26,457 bases of DNA, from NCBI GenBank assembly GCA_050012475.1, contig JBEKHC010000074.1, positions 1 through 26,457 of the forward strand, written 5' to 3'. Below are positions 1 through 10,120 of the stretch, piece after piece. Position 1 is the stretch's first letter, and every line of letters starts with the position of its first letter. This DNA comes from Candidatus Velthaea sp. (GTDB taxonomy: Bacteria > Vulcanimicrobiota > Vulcanimicrobiia > Vulcanimicrobiales > Vulcanimicrobiaceae). Position numbers and translations under genes: made by a program. Below the pieces are notes generated by a model. The model saw only the letters and a list, made by a program, of their open reading frames with translations. It had not been told where the DNA came from and searched no databases.

Positions 1-241
1 TGAACTGGGATTTGGTCCTATTTACGCTTTCGGCAAGCGATGATCGGGCGACGCCTGCCGTTTGCACAAGCAGGGCCGCAATGTATCGGCTACAATTCCA
101 AAGGGGGTAAAAACGCATCCCCGTTATTTAGGAATGAAGGAAAGCGTAAAGCGTCGGTAAGCGGAGCTTGGGCGCGCGGAAAATTCTTTCGGGCGCGGGT
201 CGACGGCGGGGCCGGCCGACGCACGCGTGAAATGCGGCGCA

Positions 242-1156
242 ATGGAAGAAGCGCACGCGCGGGATTTCGTCGGTTACGGCGCGTGGCCGCCGGACCCGCG
301 CTGGCCGGGCGGTGCCCGGTTAGCGGTGCAGATCGTGATGAACTACGAAGAAGGCTCGGAGTACGCGATCGGTGAGGGCGACGGGACCTCCGAGACCTAT
401 CTCACCGAAGTTCCCGGTGCGACGCTGGGTCCGGGCAAACGCGACCTGATCGTCGAATCGGTGTATGAATACGGCAGTCGTGCCGGCTTCTGGCGGCTCA
501 TGCGCATGTTCGCCGAGCGCGCAATTCCGATCACCGTGTTCGGTGCCGCGCTGGCGCTGGAACGGAACCCGGCGGCTGCCGCTGCGATCTGCGCGGCCGG
601 CTACGACGTCTGCTGCCACGGTTGGCGCTGGATCGGATTTCAAGACATGAAGGAGGACGAGGAACGCGCGCAAATGCGCCGCGCGATCGCATCACTCGAG
701 CGCACGATCGGGGTGCGGCCTCACGGTTGGTATTGCCGCTACGCTCCCAGCGTCAACACGCGCCGCCTCGTCGTCGAGGAAGGCGGCTTTCTCTATGACT
801 CCGACGCGTACAATGACGATCTGCCGTACTGGACGCGTGTCGACGGCCGTCCGCACCTCGTGATCCCCTACACTTTGGACAACAACGACATGAAGTTTTC
901 GGTACCCCCGGGCTTCACGTCAGGCGATGGGTTCTTCAACTATCTCAAGGACGCGTTCGACGTTCTCTATCGCGAAGGCCGGCGCAGCCCAAAGATGATG
1001 TCGGTCGGCTTGCACACGCGGCTTGCGGGGCGGCCCGGCCGGGCTGCGGCACTCGAGCGGTTTCTCGATTATCTCAAGACGTTCGACGACATCTGGATCT
1101 GCCGGCGGCTCGACATCGCCCGGCATTGGATCGCCACGCATCCGGCGCAAGCGTGA
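242..1156 (+). CDS. puuE: Allantoinase PuuE (polysaccharide deacetylase family)
   Basis: Motifs [60 protein letters not shown] and [13 protein letters not shown]; purine-catabolic context. ATG 242 (MEEAHARD) preferred over the ORF-track start at 227. Confidence 0.9.
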   Translation: MEEAHARDFVGYGAWPPDPRWPGGARLAVQIVMNYEEGSEYAIGEGDGTSETYLTEVPGATLGPGKRDLIVESVYEYGSRAGFWRLMRMFAERAIPITVFGAALALERNPAAAAAICAAGYDVCCHGWRWIGFQDMKEDEERAQMRRAIASLERTIGVRPHGWYCRYAPSVNTRRLVVEEGGFLYDSDAYNDDLPYWTRVDGRPHLVIPYTLDNNDMKFSVPPGFTSGDGFFNYLKDAFDVLYREGRRSPKMMSVGLHTRLAGRPGRAAALERFLDYLKTFDDIWICRRLDIARHWIATHPAQA

Positions 1157-2169
1157 CGCTGCCGCTGGCCCTGCGCTTGCCCAAGGCCGAGCTGCACGTT
1201 CACATCGAGGGAACGTTCGAACCCGATTTGATCTTTGCGTTAGCCGAACGCAATCGCGTCGCGCTTCCGTATCCGTCGGTCGAAGCGCTGCGCGCGGCAT
1301 ATGAATTTCGCGATCTGCAGTCGTTCTTGAACTTGTATTACGCAGCGATGAACGTGTTGCGCACCGAAGCTGATTTCGCCGAACTCACCAACGAATATCT
1401 CGCGCGCGCTCACAGCCAGGGGCTCGTCCACGCCGAGATCTTCTTCGATCCGCAGGCGCACACCGCGCGCGGCGTGCCGTTTCGCACGGTGATCGACGGC
1501 TTGTGGTCGGCGGTCCGCAACAGCGAAACGCACTACGGCGTGAGCACGCGGCTCATCATGTGTTTCCTGCGCGACGCGAGCGTGGAATCGGCGCTGGAGA
1601 CGCTTGCGCTGGCGCTGCCGTTCGGCGAACGGATCGTCGCGGTCGGCCTGGATTCGGCCGAATTGGGCCATCCGCCGAGCAAGTTTCGCGACGTGTTCGC
1701 GCGCGCGCGTGCCGCCGGCTGGAAAGCGGTCGCGCACGCCGGCGAGGAGGGACCACCGGCGTATGTTTGGGAAGCGCTCGACGTGCTGGGCGTTTCACGC
1801 ATCGACCACGGTGTGCGCAGCCTCGAAGATCCCAAGCTCGTGGACCGGTTGCGCGACGAGCAAATTCCGCTGACGGTGTGCCCGCTCTCGAACGTCAAGC
1901 TGCGGGTGTGCGAATCGCTCGGCGAGCACCCGCTGCGGCGCATGCTCGATGCCGGCTTGCTCGTCACGGTGAATTCCGATGATCCGGCCTACTTCGGCGG
2001 CTACGTCGGCGAGAATTATGAGGCGGTCGCCCAAGCCTTGGCGCTCGAACCGGCGATGCTCGCAACGCTGGCGCGCAATAGCTTTGCCGCGTCGTTTCTG
2101 AGCCCGCGAATGCGGGCGGCCTATCTGGCCCGGGTCGATGCGGTCGCAAACGCTACGGAGGAGGCATGA
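1153..2169 (+). CDS. add: Adenine/adenosine deaminase (amidohydrolase, Pa0148-like adenine deaminase type)
   Basis: [51 protein letters not shown] and [13 protein letters not shown] 1153 overlaps the puuE stop (GTGA). Confidence 0.9.
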   Translation: MTLPLALRLPKAELHVHIEGTFEPDLIFALAERNRVALPYPSVEALRAAYEFRDLQSFLNLYYAAMNVLRTEADFAELTNEYLARAHSQGLVHAEIFFDPQAHTARGVPFRTVIDGLWSAVRNSETHYGVSTRLIMCFLRDASVESALETLALALPFGERIVAVGLDSAELGHPPSKFRDVFARARAAGWKAVAHAGEEGPPAYVWEALDVLGVSRIDHGVRSLEDPKLVDRLRDEQIPLTVCPLSNVKLRVCESLGEHPLRRMLDAGLLVTVNSDDPAYFGGYVGENYEAVAQALALEPAMLATLARNSFAASFLSPRMRAAYLARVDAVANATEEA

Positions 2170-3389
2170 AGGTTCACGCCCGGCTGGCCGAACTGGCGCA
2201 GCTCGGGGCAACCGCCGGCGGCATCGATCGCGCGCTGTTTACGCCGGCTGATTACGCGGCGCGCCGGCGCTTCGCGGACTGGGCCCGGGCGGCGGGCTTC
2301 GCCGTCGAGCAAGACCGCGCCGGCAACGTCTTCGCCCGCCTGGAGCGTGGTTCGGACCGGCCGCCGATCCAGTGCGGGTCGCACCTCGACACGGTCAAGG
2401 CGGGCGGAGCGTACGACGGCGCCTACGGGGTCGCCGGCGGGCTCGAAGCGCTCGAACGCATCGCGGCGAGCGGCGCGGCGCCGGGCCGGCCGCTCGAAGT
2501 CGTCGCTTGGGCCGGGGAAGAGGGCAGCCGGTTTCCGCTCGGCTGCCTGGGAAGTTCCGCCTTTACGGGGCTGACGCCGTATGACGCAATCGCGGGCCTC
2601 GTCGGCGACGACGGGCAGACCTTCGCCGAAGCCCGCGACGGTGCGTACGGCCTGCTCGACGGGGTCCCGGTGCGCGACGCTTTTCCCGCTCCTGCCGCGT
2701 ACATTGAATTGCACATCGAGCAGGGCCCGCTGCTCGAGCGAGCGGCGCAGCCGTTGGGAGTGGTCAGCGCGATTGCCGGGCAACGGCGGCTGCGGGTCGC
2801 GATCGAGGGGTGGCCCGGGCATGCCGGGACGCTTCCGATGGCCGGGCGAGCCGACGCGTTATGCGCCGCCGGCGAGGTCGTGCTGGCGGTTGAACGCGCC
2901 GCGCTCGAGGTCGGCGACGCCGTCGCGACCACCGGTTGGATCCAGGTCGAACCGAATCAAACGAACAGCGTGCCCGGCCGCGTCGCGCTGCGCATCGACG
3001 TGCGATCGGTCGACGACGCGCGGGTCGCCGAGATCGAGCGCCGGGTTCGCGCCGCCGCGGCCGAGACCGCGGGCCGGCGCGGAACGCCGATTGCCGTCGA
3101 GCTCATCGAATGGCGAGCCGCCGCGCCGATGGATCCCCGCCTGCGCGCGATCGTTCGCCGCGCATGCGAACGCTTCAGCGCTGCGCCGCTGGAATTGGCG
3201 AGCGGCGCCGGACATGATGCAATGTGTCTGGCGCAGATCGTCCCGACGGCGATGATTTTCGTGCCGAGTATCGGCGGACACAGTCACGTCGCGCAGGAAA
3301 AGACTGCCCCCGCGGACCTCGAACTCGGCATCGAAGCGCTCGCAGCGGCGCTCTTGCTCGCCGACGCCGAACTCTCGTGTGCGAACTGA
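2166..3389 (+). CDS. M20-family Zn-dependent hydrolase (allantoate amidohydrolase / N-carbamoyl-amino acid amidohydrolase)
   Basis: [45 protein letters not shown] and FVPS.GG.SH; ATGA overlap with the upstream gene and a GGAGG SD. Confidence 0.88.
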   Translation: MKVHARLAELAQLGATAGGIDRALFTPADYAARRRFADWARAAGFAVEQDRAGNVFARLERGSDRPPIQCGSHLDTVKAGGAYDGAYGVAGGLEALERIAASGAAPGRPLEVVAWAGEEGSRFPLGCLGSSAFTGLTPYDAIAGLVGDDGQTFAEARDGAYGLLDGVPVRDAFPAPAAYIELHIEQGPLLERAAQPLGVVSAIAGQRRLRVAIEGWPGHAGTLPMAGRADALCAAGEVVLAVERAALEVGDAVATTGWIQVEPNQTNSVPGRVALRIDVRSVDDARVAEIERRVRAAAAETAGRRGTPIAVELIEWRAAAPMDPRLRAIVRRACERFSAAPLELASGAGHDAMCLAQIVPTAMIFVPSIGGHSHVAQEKTAPADLELGIEALAAALLLADAELSCAN

Positions 3390-3780
3390 ATCGAGGCAAA
3401 CCGGGGTGTTGTTCTTCATTTGCGGCTCCGCGCTGCGCGGCCAACCCGATCACGCCAATTTGGGCGATGCGACGTTTGTGCGCGAAACCCAAACGAAGCC
3501 GATGTATCGCCTGCATTCGGTGGAGGACCGCCATCCCGGAATCTACGCGGTTCCCAACGGCGGCGTCGCCATCAAGGGTGAGGTGTACGACCTTAGCGAC
3601 GAGCAGCACACCCGGCTGATCGCGAGCGAGCCGCCGAATCTTTTCGAGGGGCCGATCGAACTCGAGGACGGCACGCACGTTTCGGCGATGTTCTATCCGC
3701 GCGATCTCATCGAAGCGCGCGGCTACGCCGACATCTCGCACTTCGGCGGCTGGGCAGCATTCAAGGCCGCCCGCGGTTAG
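3379..3780 (+). CDS. Gamma-glutamylcyclotransferase-fold protein resembling the allophanate hydrolase C-terminal domain
   Basis: FFICGSALRGQPDH, T.PMYRL, HPG, IKGEVY, EPP.L..G.IELEDG and DISHFGGWAAF. Start is either GTG 3379 or GTG 3406. Confidence 0.75.
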   Translation: MRTESRQTGVLFFICGSALRGQPDHANLGDATFVRETQTKPMYRLHSVEDRHPGIYAVPNGGVAIKGEVYDLSDEQHTRLIASEPPNLFEGPIELEDGTHVSAMFYPRDLIEARGYADISHFGGWAAFKAARG

Positions 3781-3785
3781 CGATG

Positions 3786-4289
3786 TTAGCGGCGGCCAGC
3801 GCGCGTCGGCGCTGCCGCCGCGTGGCGCGGTTCGGCCGCCGGAGCGTCGGCGATGCCGATGTGATAGCGATTGGCCAGTTCGCTGCCCAGATAGCCGCCC
3901 ACGAGCAGCACGCCGTCGCCCACGATCGTGAGCACGATGCCCCAGGGTGAATGGCGCGCGTTCGCGCGCACGATGAGCGTCAGTGCGAACAGCGCCGTCG
4001 CGCCCAGGCTCCACCACAGATGTGCCGACGCCAGATGGCGCGCCGCGCGTTTCATCGGCACGGTTCGATAGTCGACGTAGCCGCACACCGATGCCGGGAC
4101 GGCCACCGCCGTTCCCATCGCGATCAGTACGACGCTCATGCGAAACCAGAAGTCGTCATGGCGCCAGGTGCCGACCGAATCGGTGAACAGCGCCGCCGTC
4201 CAGAGCGCGACCGGAAACGAGATGAGCATCAAATGCAGCGGATGACCGCGGAAATTCGCCTTCCCTTGCACCCGGAATCCCTTCGTCAC
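3786..4289 (-). CDS. DUF2231-family membrane protein
   Basis: GHPLH.MLI.FPVALW, G.VDY, a conserved His and GGYLG.EL; four hydrophobic segments. Confidence 0.75.
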   Translation of the reverse strand: MTKGFRVQGKANFRGHPLHLMLISFPVALWTAALFTDSVGTWRHDDFWFRMSVVLIAMGTAVAVPASVCGYVDYRTVPMKRAARHLASAHLWWSLGATALFALTLIVRANARHSPWGIVLTIVGDGVLLVGGYLGSELANRYHIGIADAPAAEPRHAAAAPTRAGRR

Positions 4290-4532
4290 ATTATCGTAGG
4301 AGAACGCCGCAGAACCACAAGAACGCGCAGGGAACCGCCGATGATGGAAGCGGAGGTGCTCAAGCGTAATGCTCTTTGTTACCTGTCTTCGCTGCCATCG
4401 GACGTTCGGTCGCCTTGTGGGCAGTTCCCATTCCTACCTATGCCCCCTTTGTGCTGCCGAGGAAGCCTGGCGAACGAGTACCGTCGTTCCTCCGCCGCCG
4501 CGCCCAATCGTTTAGATACCACCGGGGCAGCG

Positions 4533-6563
4533 CTACCAAATTCTGCAGACCGGTGTTGCCGGCGGCGTGCAGCCGAACGCCGCATACCAGGCCGGCACGT
4601 TCGCCAGCGTGACGTTGACCCGGTCGCGCGGCAAGGGATGCGAATCGCTCAGCGCTTGCGTCCGCGCGGTTTCGGGCCGCACGCTTTCCGACCATGATTG
4701 CGCGTACGCTAGAAAATAACGCTGTTCGCGCGTAAAGCCGTCGCGGCGCGCCCGCGGAGATCGGGCTGGGACTGCTTCGAGCGCGCGATACCCGATGGTC
4801 ACACCGCCGAGATCGGCGATCGCCTCGTCGGCTACGACTTCCCCCGCGTAGTGCACCGACCCCACCGCGACAGTCCGATCGAACCTGGCGACGAGGCAAC
4901 GCGAGCGCGCATCGAAAGCGCGCACATCTCCCGGCGTCCACCAATTTTTGAGATTGCCGCCGGCGTCGTATTTGCGGCCCGCTTCATCGAAGCCGTGCGT
5001 CATCTCGTGACCCAGGGTTCCCGCGCCGGTCGCGCCCAAGTTCGCGGCATCGTCCGCGTCGGGATCGTAGAACGGACGCTGCAATTGCGCGGCCGGGACC
5101 ACGATCTCGTTGCGCTCCACGTCGTTGTAGGCGTTCACGGTCTGCGGCGTCATATCCCATTCGGCGCGATCGACGGGCCGTCCGATTTTAGCGAGTTCGT
5201 ACCGTCGCGCGAAGGCCTCACCGCGCGCGACGTTGGCGAAGTACGAATCATTGCGCACCGCATAGCCGGCGTAGCTGCGCCAAACCGTCGGATAACCGAC
5301 TTTGAGATCCATCGCGTCGAGCTTCGCCGACGCGATGCGCTTGGTCGCAGGCGTCAGCCAGGACAACGATTGCAGTTCGGCGCGATACGCGCGCTTGATG
5401 CGCAGCGTCAACTCGAGCGCGGCGGCTTTTGCGCGCGCTGAAAACGCGCCGGCGACGTACGCTCGGCCCACCGCTTCACCCAGCATGGCATTCGTCGCGT
5501 TGACGCAGCGTTTCCAGCGCGGCGGCTCGGCCCGTACGCCGTTGAGTATGCGGCCGTGAAAGGCGAAGCTTTCGGCGCCGAAGCGTGCCGGGAGCGTCGC
5601 CGCGAAGGCGTCGAGCAGCCGCCAGCGCAGGTAGCTTTTCCATGTCGTCAGCGGTACGGAGACCAGCGTGCGGTCGAATACGCGCACGAACTCGGGTTCG
5701 GCGACGTTGATGCGGGATGAAGCGACGGTGAAAGAACGAAGATACTGCCGCAATGCGGCGTGGGGCGCGAGCGCGACGAGCGCAGCGACGCTCATCGGAT
5801 GGTACGACACTTCCGGTTCGCGCAACGCGGCGAGCGGTGTTGCCGCGCGCGCAAATCGTGTTTCGAGACGGACGATCGCCCGCGCGTCGTCGCCGGCGGC
5901 GCGTTCTCCGCTCGAGCGCAGCAGCGCGGCGATGTAGCCGGCGTACTGGGCGCGCAGCCGGCGCGAACCTGCGTCGGAGCGCACATAATAGTCGCGGTCG
6001 GGCAGACCCATCCCGCCTTGATCGATCTCGCCGAGCATTTTTGTGCTGTCGCGCGTGTCGGGCGCGGGATTGAAGGCGAAGCCGGCGTCGACGCCAAGCG
6101 CGTGCAGCCGGCCCAGCTCCGTGAGGAGCTCGGTCCGGTTCGCGATCGCCGCGATATTCTTCAACTCCGGCGCGATCGGGCTCAAGCCCGCGCGCTCGAT
6201 CGCGGCCGTATCCATGCAGGTTCCGAAGAACGTGCCAATTTTTTGCTGGTCGCTGCCGGGTGCGGCCGCTCCGCTCCGGGCGCGCACGATGATGTCGCGC
6301 ACGATGTCGCGCGTGCGGTCCTCGAGTTGTTCGCTGTACCCGTATTCCCCGTACTCCGGCGGAATCGGATGTGAAGCGCGATACGCGCCCGTGGCATAGG
6401 CGAAGAAATCGCTGCACGCGTCTGCGTGCCGATCGATCGCGCTGGGGTCGAACGGCCCGGGCAAACCATCGGTGCGCGCCGCCGCATGCGGAGCAAGGAA
6501 ATTCAAACCGGCGCACAGTCCGATGGCGGCAACGAGACGAAACGCGGCCGGCAACACGCGCAT
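4533..6563 (-). CDS. Secreted M13 (neprilysin/PepO-like) zinc metallopeptidase
   Basis: DACSDFFAYA.G, GLPDRDYY, KVGYP, PQTVNAY, GHEMTHGFD (HExxH), EAIADLGG and DSHP...RVN. Signal-peptide-like N-terminus from ATG 6563 (MRVLPAAFRLVAAIGL...). Confidence 0.9.
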   Translation of the reverse strand: MRVLPAAFRLVAAIGLCAGLNFLAPHAAARTDGLPGPFDPSAIDRHADACSDFFAYATGAYRASHPIPPEYGEYGYSEQLEDRTRDIVRDIIVRARSGAAAPGSDQQKIGTFFGTCMDTAAIERAGLSPIAPELKNIAAIANRTELLTELGRLHALGVDAGFAFNPAPDTRDSTKMLGEIDQGGMGLPDRDYYVRSDAGSRRLRAQYAGYIAALLRSSGERAAGDDARAIVRLETRFARAATPLAALREPEVSYHPMSVAALVALAPHAALRQYLRSFTVASSRINVAEPEFVRVFDRTLVSVPLTTWKSYLRWRLLDAFAATLPARFGAESFAFHGRILNGVRAEPPRWKRCVNATNAMLGEAVGRAYVAGAFSARAKAAALELTLRIKRAYRAELQSLSWLTPATKRIASAKLDAMDLKVGYPTVWRSYAGYAVRNDSYFANVARGEAFARRYELAKIGRPVDRAEWDMTPQTVNAYNDVERNEIVVPAAQLQRPFYDPDADDAANLGATGAGTLGHEMTHGFDEAGRKYDAGGNLKNWWTPGDVRAFDARSRCLVARFDRTVAVGSVHYAGEVVADEAIADLGGVTIGYRALEAVPARSPRARRDGFTREQRYFLAYAQSWSESVRPETARTQALSDSHPLPRDRVNVTLANVPAWYAAFGCTPPATPVCRIW

Positions 6564-6755
6564 CGAACCGCGATACGCTTCACCCGCAGCCAACCCTGCC
6601 GCCGTTTTTCCCAACGACGACAGGTGCCTTGATCTGGCCGCACGGAGGTCGCGCGTCTGACGTTCGAGCTGGCGAAATACGACCCGACCCTGGCGTTCCT
6701 CAGCCGGTGTCATCACCATTGGCGCAGGGAGCCGACAATCGCGTCCGGCGCCGGT

Positions 6756-7619
6756 TTAGCGCGCGATTTGCCCGAGGTAGTATCCGAGCCGATTTTCGAC
6801 GTCTCCCGGCTGGTGGAAGCCGCGCGCCATGAGCGCTTTTATCCCATCCTGGGCGGCGGATCGCCCGAGCGAAGCGATGCACGCATCCCACCCGGCACCG
6901 AGCTCGACATCCGGGGACAGGCTGGTGTTGACCAGGCGTTTGGTGTTGGCGATCGCCCACTTGTCGAATCCGGCGATCCGCGTCGCGAGCGCCTCTACGA
7001 ACGCGTCTAGTTCGGCGTCAGGCAGAGCACGGTTCACGTAGCCGTAGGCCTCAGCCTGATCTGCCCTCAAGTCTTCCGAGCTCAGGAGCACTTCGAGCGC
7101 CCGGTTTCGGCCGATGAGTCTGGGCAGCCGAGCCATCGGGCCGCCACCGGCGACCATCCCTACGCCCACCTCCCACTGCGAGACGATGGCCTTTTCGCGG
7201 CTGGCGAAACTCATGTCGCACGACAGGGTGATTTCGCTGCCGTTGCCGGTCGCCCGGCCGCGGATGAGGGCAATGGAGGCGACTGGTAAGTGGGTCAGAC
7301 GCACGAGAAAGTCCGGCCAGGGCGGCAACCCGGTGGGACCTGCCGGCATTGCGGTCAGGTCCTCAAGCTTGGCCGTGAAATCGGAGTGATTGAGGAAATA
7401 GTCGTCGACGGCGCTGTCAAAGACGACGACCCGTACTTGCTCATCGGCCTCGAGCGCGTCCATGACTTGCTGGAATTCCCGGACCATTTCCGGGCCCATC
7501 ACGTTGATCGGCGGGTTGTCGATCGTCACACGCCAATAGGCGGGCGTCCGCCGGTCTAGGCGGATTTGAGGCTTCGTAGGCGCGCTTGCGGTTGTCCTGG
7601 ATGCGCTTGCAGTTGTCAT
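6756..7619 (-). CDS. Enoyl-CoA hydratase/isomerase (crotonase) family protein
   Basis: VTIDNPPIN, SIALIRGRATGNGSE..LSCD, QWEVGVG...GGG and RLPRLIGRNRALE; AGGAG SD upstream. Confidence 0.88.
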   Translation of the reverse strand: MTTASASRTTASAPTKPQIRLDRRTPAYWRVTIDNPPINVMGPEMVREFQQVMDALEADEQVRVVVFDSAVDDYFLNHSDFTAKLEDLTAMPAGPTGLPPWPDFLVRLTHLPVASIALIRGRATGNGSEITLSCDMSFASREKAIVSQWEVGVGMVAGGGPMARLPRLIGRNRALEVLLSSEDLRADQAEAYGYVNRALPDAELDAFVEALATRIAGFDKWAIANTKRLVNTSLSPDVELGAGWDACIASLGRSAAQDGIKALMARGFHQPGDVENRLGYYLGQIAR

Positions 7620-7628
7620 GCTATGCTC

Positions 7629-8144
7629 CTATTTATCTGTTTGTCTGGCCGGTTGATTGATTAGCGCTGCGCCCGCCTTGCTGACGATCTCGTCCTGGGA
7701 ATCCGCGCCTCCCGAACAACCGATTGCGCCGATAATCACGCCTTGTTCGATCAGCGGGATGCCGCCTCGAGAGGCAATGATTCCATCAAACGCAAGCAGA
7801 TAGTTGAGATGCAGAAGGTTCACACCGTCTTCGAAGAACTTCGTTTCGCGCCGGAAGGTCGCCGCTGCTCGAGCTTTGTGTTCGGAAATCTGAATGGAGG
7901 CAAGCATCGCACCGTCCATTCGTTGAAAGGCGACGAGGTTGCCGCCGGAATCGACCACCGCTACGTTCATGTTCCAGTTCCGCTTCTTCGCCTCTGCCAC
8001 CGCCGCGTGAATAACCGCCTGGGCGCGGTCGAGCGATATCGGTGGGCCATACGAAGTGTCGAAAGGAATTGCGTCGGGAACAACATCGAGCGGATTTGTT
8101 TCCGTGGGCTGCACCGCTATCGTTCCTATTGTCTGATTTGACAT
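7629..8144 (-). CDS. GlcG/HbpS (DUF336) heme-binding family protein
   Basis: NVAVVDSGGNLVAFQRMDGA, KARAA and GGIPL...G.IIGAIGCSG....QD. ATG 8144 has a GGAGG SD. Confidence 0.88.
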   Translation of the reverse strand: MSNQTIGTIAVQPTETNPLDVVPDAIPFDTSYGPPISLDRAQAVIHAAVAEAKKRNWNMNVAVVDSGGNLVAFQRMDGAMLASIQISEHKARAAATFRRETKFFEDGVNLLHLNYLLAFDGIIASRGGIPLIEQGVIIGAIGCSGGADSQDEIVSKAGAALINQPARQTDK

Positions 8145-8593
8145 ACGTCCTCCATCAATGGTCGCGATGCAGATCGCTCGATCGACAATCAATCGCAACG
8201 CGCAGCGGCTGCCCCGCTGCGCGCCGTGTTGATCTGCGCGCCCAAGGCGGTCAGATCGCCTGGTTACAACACTACTCACGAGCGGCCACCGAAAACAGTA
8301 ACTTGCACTTGCCTTTTACGCGCGCGCCGGTCAACATTTGATAGCAGGTGACGCCAAAAGAAGAGAGATCGCTCCAGGTATCGATCGAGCGATTCTGGTC
8401 GCGAGGGCGCACGCAACGAGCGCACAAGCGATCGATGGTGCGGCGCTGCCCGGCAGGCGACCCGAACAGATCGTCGCAGCGGTGATGCGTCGATTACTTG
8501 TCTTTGCTTCTGGCGTCTCAAATCCGGCAAACCGTTCGACCCGGTTTTCGCCCCAGCCGCAGGAGTGCTACCGCTTGACGACCGACACGAAAT

Positions 8594-8926
8594 CTAGCTC
8601 CCGCGGTACGTTGAATAGCCCCAGGGCGAAAGCAGCAGCGGCACGTGGCAGTGCTCGCCTTCGCCCGAGACGACGAATCGAATCGGCACGTCGGCGTAGA
8701 ACGCGGTGACACGCCGGCGTGCGAAGTACGGCCCAACCGCGAACACCAACTCGTACGTCCCCGCCGGCAGCTCGGCGGCCAGCGGCTTGTCCGTGCGGCC
8801 GTCGGCGTTGGTCAGGGCTTGCGCGAGCAGCGCCCTTGATGAACCCTTGATCGCAAAGAGGGTGACGGCGATTCCCGTCGCGGGCACGCCGCGCGCGGTA
8901 TCGAGAACGTGCGTCGAGAGCGTCAT
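8594..8926 (-). CDS. uraH: 5-hydroxyisourate hydrolase (transthyretin-like)
   Basis: MTLSTHVLDTARG.PA, TNADGR, HVPLLLSPWGYSTYRGS (C-terminal YRGS signature). The true start 8926 overlaps the puuD stop; it is the C-terminal part of ORF 8594..9874. Confidence 0.95.
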   Translation of the reverse strand: MTLSTHVLDTARGVPATGIAVTLFAIKGSSRALLAQALTNADGRTDKPLAAELPAGTYELVFAVGPYFARRRVTAFYADVPIRFVVSGEGEHCHVPLLLSPWGYSTYRGS

Positions 8927-10119
8927 TGCAGCGCTGCTCCGCCGGCGATCCAATCGCCCAGCGTCCGGCGTTCGGCGTCCGTCATGTGCGTGACGTTGCC
9001 CAGCGGCATCGTGTGCGACGTGACGGCTTGGGCGTCGATACGCGCGGCGTTCCCGGCGATGCGCTCGGGAGTGTCGAGCAGCACCCCGCCCGGCGCTGCC
9101 GCATATCCGGCTTGCGTCGGATGCGCCGCGTGACAGACCGCGCAGCGCGTCGCGACGATCGGTGCGACCGCGGCAAACGCCACCGGTGCCGCGCCGCCGG
9201 CCGAGGGTCCGCTGTGCGGTGCCACGACGAACGCCGTCGCAAATAACAGCACGGCAGCCGTCACCGGCAGCCACGGCACGTAGCGGTGCTTGTCGCCCAG
9301 CACGAAGAACTGGCGGACCAGCACGCCGGCGACGCTGATCGCCGCGAGGACGAGCCAGCCGGACGCGCTGCCGTACGTCATCGGAAAATGATTGCTGATC
9401 ATCGTGAACAGCACCGGAAACGTGAAATAGGTGTTGTGCACGGAACGGATCTTGCCGTTGATGCCCGGCCGCGGATCGGGTTCTTGCCCGGCGCGGATCT
9501 GCGCGAGCATCGCCTGCTGGCCGGGGATGATGACGAAAAAGACGTTCGCCACCATGATCGTGCCGATCATCGCGCCGACGTGCACGTATGCCGCGCGCGC
9601 TGCCAAGACGTGGAAGAGCGCGTAATCCGCGGCCAAGACGAACGCGCAGACCGCCGCCGCCAGCAGCTTCGGATTGCGGCCGAACGCGCGGCACAAGGCG
9701 TCGTACACGAGCCAGCCCGCGACCAGCGTTCCGATGCTGATGCTGACGGCTTCGAGCGGCGTGAGAGCGAGCACGCTCGGGTCGATGAGAAACGTGCCGG
9801 CCGCTGACCAATAGACGATCGCCAAGAGCGCGATCCCCGACAGCCACGTCGTGTACGCTTCCCACTTGAACCAATGCAGGTCTTCGGTGAGCGGTTCGTT
9901 CTTCGGACCGGTGAGGAACTTTTGGTTGTGATAGAAACCGCCGCCGTGCACCGACCAGAGTTCACCGGACACGCCGTTGCGCGCGTCGGCGGCAAGCTGC
10001 GGCGGCTCGAGGTGGTTGTCGAGCCACACGAAATAGAGCGACGCCCCGATCCAGCTGATCCCGGCGATCATGTGCGACCAGCGCACGACGAGGTTGAGCC
10101 AATCCAGCGTGTAGGCCAC
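8923..10119 (-). CDS. puuD: Membrane urate hydroxylase PuuD with C-terminal cytochrome c domain
   Basis: DWLNLVVRW.H.IAGI.WIGAS.YF, LWSVHGGGFY, LHWFKWEAY.TWLSG, RSVHNTYFT.PV.F.MISNHFP, heme-c motif CAVCH and MPLGN.T.MT. GTG start at 10119. Confidence 0.93.
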   Translation of the reverse strand: MAYTLDWLNLVVRWSHMIAGISWIGASLYFVWLDNHLEPPQLAADARNGVSGELWSVHGGGFYHNQKFLTGPKNEPLTEDLHWFKWEAYTTWLSGIALLAIVYWSAAGTFLIDPSVLALTPLEAVSISIGTLVAGWLVYDALCRAFGRNPKLLAAAVCAFVLAADYALFHVLAARAAYVHVGAMIGTIMVANVFFVIIPGQQAMLAQIRAGQEPDPRPGINGKIRSVHNTYFTFPVLFTMISNHFPMTYGSASGWLVLAAISVAGVLVRQFFVLGDKHRYVPWLPVTAAVLLFATAFVVAPHSGPSAGGAAPVAFAAVAPIVATRCAVCHAAHPTQAGYAAAPGGVLLDTPERIAGNAARIDAQAVTSHTMPLGNVTHMTDAERRTLGDWIAGGAALQ

Positions 10120-10120
10120 G

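Noticed and set aside
1..241. Purine or xanthine riboswitch upstream of puuE
   Set aside because: I could not identify the conserved aptamer core by eye. An Rfam scan is needed to exclude it.
4533..6563. M13 peptidase as the RiPP leader protease
   Set aside because: It is 18 kb away, on the opposite strand, in an unrelated block, and nothing links it to the RiPP genes.
8927..9874. Apparent 426-aa UraH fusion protein
   Set aside because: The extension is an alternative frame of puuD. Real UraH starts at 8926.
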